NCBI GenBank assembly: GCA_030141605.1 | Contig: JAQGDQ010000859.1 | Span: 15,987 to 65,583, forward strand | Direction: 5' to 3' | DNA length: 49,597 nt | Source: Tubiluchus corallicola | Taxonomy: Eukaryota > Animalia > Priapulida | Shown: one piece after another, positions 39,437 through 49,597 of the stretch | How positions within the stretch are numbered: the first letter of the stretch is position 1 | Layout: every line of letters starts with the position of its first letter | The notes under the pieces: model-generated | What the model was told of the DNA's origin: nothing | Database searches by the model: none | Seen by the model: only the letters and a program-made list of their open reading frames with translations | Translations under genes and position numbers: made by a program

Positions 39437-40740
39437 CTATTAATAATTTTCTCATTTCAGACTTTGTTTTAATTCTAAAAATGTTAATACTTTTTCACCC
39501 AGTAGTCAGACTGGTTTTCAAACCACTTTTGCACTAAAGTCTTTTTAGTCGGCGTGACGACAACAATGCATACAGCACATCTTCTGTTTATTTAAAAATT
39601 GTTTGTCCATCGACTGTATGAATACATAAACTGGTTTCTGAAAGCACTTTCACGATGACAAAACGTTTTGAAACCATTCTGCCACATGGAAAAGGTTTAA
39701 AGCTCTTAGTAGAAACTCTTGTGATTTGTGCAAGTCTTCACAAACTTACGTATAGCTGAATTTCAGAAAATTTCGGAATTATTGAAGAAAATTCAGCAAG
39801 CTGTGTGCACACTTCAGCTGAGCAGGCAGTGTGCAAGTTTATTGTTCACACTAAGAGCGCTTTTACATAAGGAACGATGCATATTCTAGTCACAATGAAG
39901 TGAAATGAATATTCAATTTTGCTGCGACACGAATTTACTTACGTTACATTTACGTACACTACAGATTAAATGAAGATGAAAATTTTTTTTACCCCCACAC
40001 GGTGTTCACCCTGGATTTGCGAAAAAAAGTAGCAATGTAACAGTTTCAATTCCAGCCAATGGACAGTCCGCTCCACTCTTAGGTCAGTCATACTCGAGGG
40101 TGGCGCGGATTCCATTTTTCATATAACTAAGAAGTGTGCATTCAACTAGTCTAGCGTTACAATAGTAGACATGTATGGAAGACACGCCTTCTTCACACTT
40201 CACGCACAAACATCGTGGACGTATTCTGAAATTAAATAATTTTGTCGTGGCAAAAATAGAGTGGTCATGCACCTCCCCTTGAATCTGCATATACATTTTA
40301 CACCACTATTGTTTAGATGGCATATAATATTTAATCAGTTATAAGTCTGTCGTCATGTGCATCCTTTGAGTCAGTGACCTGCACTCGACACACTCTCAAC
40401 ACTCATCCATAGGGACTTTTCATATGTTATTTCAGCAGTACTGTGAAAGAAAATATTAATTCTTTCTAATAATGAAACTATATCTGCAACAAGATGCTGC
40501 TTATACATTTGCTAGATGAGTAAACTTACAGCAATCGTGTGATAGCATGAAAACTCTATGAGATCTGGACAAGTAATTTATGCTGCTGCAACGTCTGTGA
40601 TAGAACTAAAATGAATGCGGTCGTTTTTATGAACTTTTGCTCCAACAATTTGACAATTGCAAATGTATGCAAATTGCTAATTCATGGCACAAAGCCAGTT
40701 CGTAATTAAAGTGTGAGTCCAAAATGGCTTTGGAGCTCTT

Positions 40741-40934
<194 letters not shown>

Positions 40935-41637
40935 GAATTTGTTTATTTATTTTTTTTGTGAGCTCAGGCAGAGGTCGACACTGAACTCCCGCTGTGTTGA
41001 CTGGCAGTCTTTCTTGCCGAATAGGAAAGAAGGCCAGCTGGTATTAAAATTGCAGTGCAATAGTAAATATGTCAATAAATGATGTGAAATTTGGACCTTA
41101 TTGTCTAGACGTTTTGACACCTGCATGTGAAAATGAATGGCTGCCTATTTAAACAGTTAGAAATTTAATCATAATATGTCGGCTACCCTTATGTGGAAGA
41201 GGACTCCCACCTGGGGGGAGGGGGTGTAATATTGCGAGTAAATTTCTAACATCTTTAAATAATCCTCATTTTTATTTGCATTAAGTTTAAAATTTTGGTG
41301 ACTATTTTTGAAATTGGCAGATTTTGAATGAATATGATGCAAAGGTTTAGTTGATGTTAAACATATACAACTGATAGTCTGTAAGCACATGGTAGCGAAT
41401 CAGACTTTAAGATTGTTTATCTGAGTTGTTTACAAATTAACATGCAGAACTTTTGCACTAATTAGAATCTTTCTTGACATTGCCTGAAGTTTTTTTTATA
41501 TTAGAGGCACACTTTCCCACTTTTGTGTGTCATGCATTTGGAAGTCCCGATTAAATTAAACGATACCTATGTTTCTGGTAACTCAGCTCGCCCACTTTCT
41601 CAACCCTGAGGCTTTTACTGAGTTTTACTCATTATAG

Positions 41638-41721
41638 ATGATCCCCGACTGGCCCATTACGAAGCTGAACAGTTGTCGTCGCACTTGTATACTTCTGATT
41701 TGGTTTTTGAAGACACGTACG
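41638..41721 (+). CDS. IgSF membrane protein, juxtamembrane cytoplasmic exon (DDPRLAHYEAEQLSSHLYTSDLVFEDTY)
   Basis: ttttactcattatag acceptor, G|gtgagt donor. 84 nt, phase 1/1, in frame with both flanking exons. Confidence 0.8.
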
Positions 41722-42078
41722 GTGAGTGGCAACTGTCACACGTAAGGTGCTATAAGAACTGTCAAAAAGTACTTGTGTTTTCGGTAATTTTGACAAAAAG
41801 CACGGCGTTGGGAGGAATCAGGAAAACATTGATTTTCAATGCTTCGGAGTTTCAAGCTGCCATTTTTGAATTTATGAAAGCAACTTTTCTGCTGCAGTAA
41901 AAGCAATTAATTTAATCGGTTTCCGTAAGTTTTTGCATATAGTTCAGTTTACTAAACCAACAGCTTGATCTGGTCTCACGAAACACTTAAAGACTTCAAA
42001 TCTTTGCTTTTTGCAAATTTGCGTTATCTGTGATCTTTCCAAACCTTTCCGCATGCAGACTCCCACTTCTATACTGCA

Positions 42079-42186
42079 TCACCATCATGATCACCATCAT
42101 TATCATCACCACCATCGTCATCATCATCATCATCACTAACACCTCCACCACCACCACCACCACCACCACCACCATCATCATCATCG
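42079..42186. repeat. (CAT/CAC)n repeat
   Basis: Directly visible. Confidence 0.9.
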
Positions 42187-43781
42187 CCATATGCCCATTA
42201 TGTCTGCTGTAGTAGACAATGGGCAGGCAGAAATTCTGAAGTAAAAGTACACTCATCAGTTTGTGGTTTTTAATAGGCAACAAGAGAAATCCTTACTCAC
42301 TAATTTATTCTGTTCATTTTAAGTTTAAAATTACTTATAGTTATACTTGTAAGTAAAACAGCTGTTTGCTAATACCCATTACATTACAATTGCCGGTTAT
42401 TTAAAATTGTGAATGCATGTTCACATTTATTAAACGGTTCCCTTTATAAATAAATAATAGTTGAATTAAATTAATCAGACAGTTTGATAGTTGCTGTATT
42501 TGTAAAATGTTACCGGAAATACAAGCACATCTTAATTCTCCTGGATGAGGTTTTCAGTTGAAAGAATTACAGAGCCCCTTCAAACATTAAAAAAATTGTA
42601 TGCCACTACTGCCACTATTTTTGTCATTGCTACCGGAAACATAGGTATTGTTTTATTTGATTCCGTTAGCATAGTTAATAGGGAGAGCAAGGGAAACAAG
42701 TACTTCCCCGAGAACATTTTTGAAACATTGGCACTTTTCAATAATCATTTCAGCTTTTTAATTCACTTGTGCCATAAAAGTCAAATCTTTTTTATTATTT
42801 TTTTAATCGAATGCCCTTGGAAGAATTTTCTGGAGTCTGAAACCAACCTGTCTCCCTTGTTTTTGAAATCAGGCTGTAGTTATACAACCCATTTGTCAAG
42901 ATTAACTAATTGTACCAAGTACCAAATTACTCCAAATCTATGTCCTATAATAATATATTCTTGTCACATGCAGATACTATTTGTTGTGGCATAGACAAAC
43001 GTATAATTGCTTCGTGTGTCACGGTGCCTTTTCTATGTGCTTGCTCCCCCTAACTTTAGAAGCTGGCTACGCTATTAATTTGGTTATTTATTTTTTGTTA
43101 AGAATTGTGGTTTGTATAAAGCAGTGAGACATTCTGAGTCTATCTGAGTCAATTTCTGTGGCAACCTACTGGCAAAATATCAACAGTTTTTTGCCATTTT
43201 TGTGAGGGTGCTGCAAATATACAAAACCTGATTAAATAATTCGGAGCCACTGTTTGTTAACCAATGAAAACTTTTGCGACAACAGAGCATTTTAAACAGA
43301 CGTTGCTATTGGTCGTACAAATGGGTGAAAAAGTTGGTTCAGTCAAAGTTGAAAGAATGTAATATACGTAGTTACATGAAGGACTACATATAACATTGAA
43401 ATTCAGATGTGATAGACACAGATGTGAAAAACTGACAACATCGAATCTTTATCTACTTTTAACGTCTATAGTCGTACCACTAGAAGTGAACATTAGTCAG
43501 CATTACTAATTGGCTTTTATACTAAGAAATTTTAAAAGTACCTGCACAGTTGCAGTTTTGTATTCCCAGATAGTCGTGATATGGCATGCAAATTATCTTG
43601 CATATGGACAGGGGAGATTTGCTGCTTGTAAAAGAGAGACTCATTTTAAATAATATTAACTAAAGAGATTGTACCTCTTTTTCTCAATGTTGCATACTAT
43701 TCATATTGCTTAATGTGTTATTCAGATATATCTTATTTCATCATTCTGTTTCTATATATGTGCTTCGGTCTCTCTGTGAGT

Positions 43782-44068
<287 letters not shown>

Positions 44069-44221
44069 TTCATTCTCTCGATCCCACTCCCTCTTTTCTT
44101 TCTACATTTCTTTCCCTTTCTCTCATCTTAGATGATTTTGCTTGCTCTCACTTTAAATTTTCATTACTACTTTATGTACTTCATGTTTTGTGATTTTAGC
44201 GATGAACTTTTAACTTTATAG

Positions 44222-44913
44222 GATCACGTGTGTCTCCAAGCACCGGACAACCTGAAGGAGGTCAGCCGGAGGCCGGGGCAGTGCGGGAGGAACCTCCAGT
44301 GGTCACTAAGTCGGGAGAAGAAATGGGTGAAGTGATGGAGAAAAAATCTGTGAAGTTCGGAGAAGACGTGCCAGATGGCGATAACAGTGTTTCAGAGACC
44401 GCCATGTCCGCAAAACCAACTAAAAGCAAGTCTGTAAAGTTTGATGAGAGTGACCAAAGCGTTTCAGAAACCGCCATGTCCGCAAAACCAACTAAAAGCA
44501 AGTCTGTAAAGTTTGATAAGTCTGACCAAAGTGTTTCAGACAAATCGGCAGCCGGGGAAGCCATTTCAAGTGACGAAATCCGGGATAGCTTAACAACAGC
44601 AGAACTTGCTGGGAAAATATCTCCCACAACGACACCGGTAAATGTTGGAAGCAGAAAAGATGTTGCGGACGAAGCTGCAAATTCTCAACATGCGGAACTG
44701 AATGAAAAGTCTGGATTATCGGCAAAAAGTGAAGAAAATGATTTAAAGAGTACAAGCGCTGAACAACTTCAAAAAAATTTGGAAACGAGCAAAAGCACGT
44801 TAAGTGAAATAAACTCTGTGAAGCCCTTAAACGAACTAACTGACGGTGAAAATATATCAGATGTGCAGACTGATAATGTTAATGTCTTTACAGATGAAAC
44901 TCAAACTAGTTAA
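44222..44913 (+). CDS. IgSF membrane protein, terminal exon: acidic Ser-rich, probably disordered cytoplasmic tail with a 72-bp internal repeat
   Basis: ttttaactttatag acceptor, phase 1. About 230 open codons to TAA at 44911-44913. Higher GC than the introns. Confidence 0.85.
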
Positions 44914-45035
44914 CAGCAGATAGCTACTAAATTATTGTTATTTTTATATATCGTTATCCGAACTTCAGATCTTTATTTTGTTGAGAGATTTATATTTACA
45001 TTTTTATTTTCATCTACAACTTGTTATACAAAGCT

Positions 45036-45041
45036 AATAAA
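45036..45041 (+). terminator. Candidate polyadenylation signal of the IgSF gene
   Basis: AATAAA about 120 nt after the stop codon. Confidence 0.55.
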
Positions 45042-45825
45042 TGCTTGGGCTTTTGAGATCAATCTCTGCTTTAAGGTTTTACGAATTTTATGCTCAATCA
45101 AGTTATGAATGAAACCTGTTGACATTTTTAGTAGTTTTACACATAAGTTCAGAAGGACAGATCATTGACAAACTGTGCATATCAGACCTCACCCAGCCAC
45201 AGTAACACACTCACTACAACATGGCATACATAGGCCTTCACTTCTGTATGACAGCAACTTAATGTGCATGGTTGTGACAGGATCGGAACCCATCTCATTA
45301 TCAAAGATGTGTTTTAGGTGATGCACCGAACTTGCAGAGACGTTTCAGCCACCTTCGGATGGGTTTACATCATCTCTCAATGAGGCCAATGTTACTGGCT
45401 GACAAAGTCGCCCGGAATAAGTATTAAACCTGGTGCTCACCCATTGGTTTACCAAGTAAATTTGCTGTTTCTGAACTTCAATTACTAAACATACATAGTT
45501 GTGCAACTCATGAAACGCGAGGGAGCATTAAATTGCCCAATAGGTGGCAGCAGCCAACAGCTGTGCTGCCTTGTGGAAGTTTTAAACAGACGAAGAATTA
45601 TTGCTAATAAATTTTCAATTCAAAAACATCTTGCTTAGAGAGGAAAAGTTAAAATACATTAATTACATAATTCAATAAAAAATCACTTCACCATATATGC
45701 AGCATACATAATTTTTGTCGTGTGCACACTAATTTATAATGAAATATGTCTGCATAAAAAACATTCATAAAATAAAAAATAGAAAGTAAAATATGAACAA
45801 ATGAACATTTCTTACAAGACAATTC

Positions 45826-45831
45826 TTTATT
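45826..45831 (-). terminator. Candidate polyadenylation signal of the convergent minus-strand gene
   Basis: AATAAA on the minus strand followed by U/GU-rich sequence. Confidence 0.45.
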
Positions 45832-46700
45832 AGACAAAGTGGTTACACAGAGCTTGCACATCAAAAGATGAAATTAAGTGAAATTTTTGAAAATAAACTA
45901 AACTAAAATTGACCCATTTTACATATACATAACAATGTAAATAGAAGCTACATTTAAAAAAATCTACAGTGGTAAAGTGTTACAGTTATTATGTAACTTG
46001 AAGAAAAGCAAATAAAAAAATGTAACTTTCTATACATCCATAAATCACAGTGTCTTCTATTAAACAATGAATCTTCATTTAAAATAGAATTATTCTATAT
46101 TTCTTCAAATCCGGTATTATATAACAATTGACACTGGACCATGGCCAGCTTCTTTACACAGGACACTGTATAATGCAACACACTAGATGTAAAAGATCAA
46201 AGCTTCGTAGAGCACAGTAGACATTTCACATCTGTCAGAAATATATGAAGAGGAGCCACACAAAACATTCACATCAGTAAAAAGTACTAAAACGGACGGA
46301 TAATGTAAATACTGTATCTAAGTTAGCAAAATAACAAAAAACCTAAAACAAGTGTTTCAACCTAGGTGTGATAAAAGTGCAACAGTGTGATAAAAAACAC
46401 AATGTGTAATTTTTGATACTTAAAAGTCATCACCTTCTATCTGACTACGTGAATCCATGCTATAGACTTAAATATCATGGGAGCACATTGACAGAGAGAT
46501 TGCTAAACTCGAATCCAGCACATTGTGAGGCAACAATGGATGCAAGTATTCCAAAACAAATGCATGCTCCATTGTTAGGTAAACAATGGGTGCCATATTG
46601 TATAATGGAAATACTGCATTCAACTGTTAGGCAAAAAAACAGCCTTTGAACAACAAACATTACGAAGTTGAAATATTGTTTGATAGGTAGGGTAAAGCTG

Positions 46701-47311
<611 letters not shown>

Positions 47312-49283
47312 GCGCGCATGTGGCATTCAAATCTATGATTCACATAATGATTATATCAATGCTAGCATTCATATAACTAAAATAAAATAGCAACATTAAC
47401 TATATTCACATATTATTATGCTATTATGAGTGATCGAAAAAATAGTGCACACAGATTCACCAGTGAAAAGCATAAGCATTTACATGCAAAAAATACAACA
47501 AATTATACATAATACTAATAATAATAATAATAACAGGGACGGACACTTAGGGACGGCATTGTATTTATAAAATCCTTGTATAACAGACTAACACGGGGTT
47601 AGAGACTCTGTAAAAATTGCCAGCTTGCACTATGCAGGTGAGGCATGTATAATATGTGACAGTCTGAAGAAACAACTAAAAACTGCTCAGAATACAATAA
47701 ACAAAATATACGCATGTCTGTATTGTAATAAACAATTACATGCAGATGAATGAATAACAATGAACTGAATATTGCCTTGTTATTGGTCTTTACGTAACGC
47801 ACAGGGTGTTGCCTTGGATTCGTGGCCTGATCCAAACACATGCCACCTTTATGAAGGTCTTGTACATTGTAATCAGAAAAAATCAACAGTAAAAATAGCA
47901 TCTTATATCCAAAATCCATTATAACTATTCCATTACAACAAGGACGTACTGTGTAGTGCAATCTTTTGTATAGTGCTATTTATCTATTGTATTTAACCAA
48001 GAACATTGCATACGATGATATGAGGCGTATCACACGTGGCTAAACAAAATAGCAATAAAACAAGCTACTAACATTGTAGCATTGAAACTACTAGCACACT
48101 CAAGTCACTCAAGTTCACCTAAGGTTGGTAGTAAAACTAGTAATCAAACTACAGTAAAAATCTTACCAGGTATCTCAAAAGACACTATTATGCTATGTAC
48201 GTTATGATTCTTAACATTACCACTAAATCAGCTTGCATATTCAACAATCCTGTCAGGTATAGTTATGGTAAAAACTTTAATTATGTCTTAAAAATGAATA
48301 GAAGAGTCATGATTATCATTAAAGGGTATCAATAAACAATTCTTTTAATGATTACATCAGACAGACAATCTTTTTAATAAGTAACACACAGCAAATAAAT
48401 CGATAAATCACTATGCTTACATTATTTGCAAACTATGGGACACACATTAACATGATTTCTGTTCGCTGCGTTTATCATGTGAAACATCTAAAATTTTAAC
48501 AATGTTTCGCGGACGAAATATTAATACACATGTATTACATATGAGATTCAAAAAAGGGATCACACGCAAGGTATCACACAACATATTATTGCAATACTGT
48601 CCACACGTTTTTTTTAGGGGTAGACTTATTCGTACAAAAATCATTATTATGTCAGCAATTGCATTTACTTACAACACCAAAAGGGAGAAGAGGACGCAAA
48701 AAATGTTGAAAAGTTGAATCTGCTACAAACTACCTGACAATTTAAACTTAGTACTAATCAAGATTTATAACTCTGATTAATTGACTTTGTAATATGATTT
48801 CTTACAGAAAGTGTAATCATATTCACCAATCGTCAGTCACACTATTAAATGTGTTCTACGTACAAAACTACATGATTTGGATCAACTAATTTTCAATTGA
48901 GTTAATAACCATTTCAATTAATCATTAGTTTTCCAGTTGGTAGATGGCACCAAAGTATGAATATATAAAGACTAGGTGTTATAAACAATTTTCACCACAG
49001 TTACAGTGGTGACATCTATGATTACCAAAATGGTAGGTGAGTCTTTAAATTGTACCAACCATGGGAGACGTCGTGCAAGAAACAATGGTGGTTCAATTTG
49101 GTCTGAAGTGGAGGTAGTTCATCTAAGCATATTTGGCTTCTATGCTGATTTGCACACTATAAAACAGTGTACACTTTTCAACTAAAAAATTGTAAAAGAG
49201 CTTTTAAGTTTTGATAAACCCCATTTACAACAACTAGCAAAATGTGGTGACAACACGGAGCTAAGTTGTTGGGATCATTATGG

Positions 49284-49400
49284 CTATTTGACTGGTCTAC
49301 CGACTTGAGGAATCGGAGGCAGTATGTTGGCCGTCCTGTCGCTGATCGGTGGTAATCGATGTCGATTTCCGTGCGAATTTGATGGCCATTGTGCACTATT
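49284..49400 (-). CDS. Probable terminal coding exon of an unidentified gene entering from the right (NSAQWPSNSHGNRHRLPPISDRTANILPPIPQVGRPVK*)
   Basis: Acceptor ttttttgttttctag and a GC-rich island. Phase-0 frame is preferred by eye, but the phase-2 frame is also open to 49178. Confidence 0.5.
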   Translation of the reverse strand, partial: NSAQWPSNSHGNRHRLPPISDRTANILPPIPQVGRPVK

Positions 49401-49597
49401 CTAGAAAACAAAAAACATGACAATCAGACAGGAGGCAATGAACCAAAGTTTTCAGGTGCCAGGGGCACCGTGCTAAAGGGAGGCCCATGATCAGCTTTTC
49501 CTGGGTGAGCAAAATGTCTTTTAATTAAGAGATTATAGTGAGACTTGTTTTAGTGCATTTGAATTGCATGATTATATACATCTTTGAGTCTGTGTAT

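Noticed and set aside
42545-42994. 149-aa plus-strand ORF inside an IgSF intron
   Set aside because: No recognisable domain, AT-rich composition and no fitting splice sites.

Overview
AT-rich, intron-rich animal (probably invertebrate bilaterian) genomic DNA; no prokaryotic features, no CRISPR. Most long ORFs in the track are microsatellite or minisatellite artefacts. Hand splicing gives three genes. (1) Minus strand, ~12.8 kb to beyond the left edge: 5' part of a PepT1/PepT2-type SLC15 proton-coupled oligopeptide transporter. It has two tandem paralogous TM3 exons (candidate mutually exclusive pair) and at least two alternative first exons that both build an [DE]xxxLL sorting motif across a splice junction. 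(2) Plus strand, ~25.5-45.0 kb: a type I membrane IgSF protein with six Ig-like domains and all phase-1 introns. It has a furin-type RHRR site inside the membrane-proximal domain, a tandemly triplicated splice acceptor before the TM exon, and three KSVKF (RVxF-type) motifs in the tail. Its 5' end is unresolved. (3) Minus strand, right edge: a probable terminal exon and long 3' UTR of an unidentified convergent gene. Also present are a decayed ORF1-only SGNH-esterase retroelement-like unit flanked by (CAT)n on both sides, a truncated LINE, hAT- and Tc1/pogo-type MITEs, a Helitron/HINE-like element and several tandem arrays, including a 2-kb 29-bp array with an 870-bp higher-order duplication. 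All gene models are manual and lack transcript evidence.
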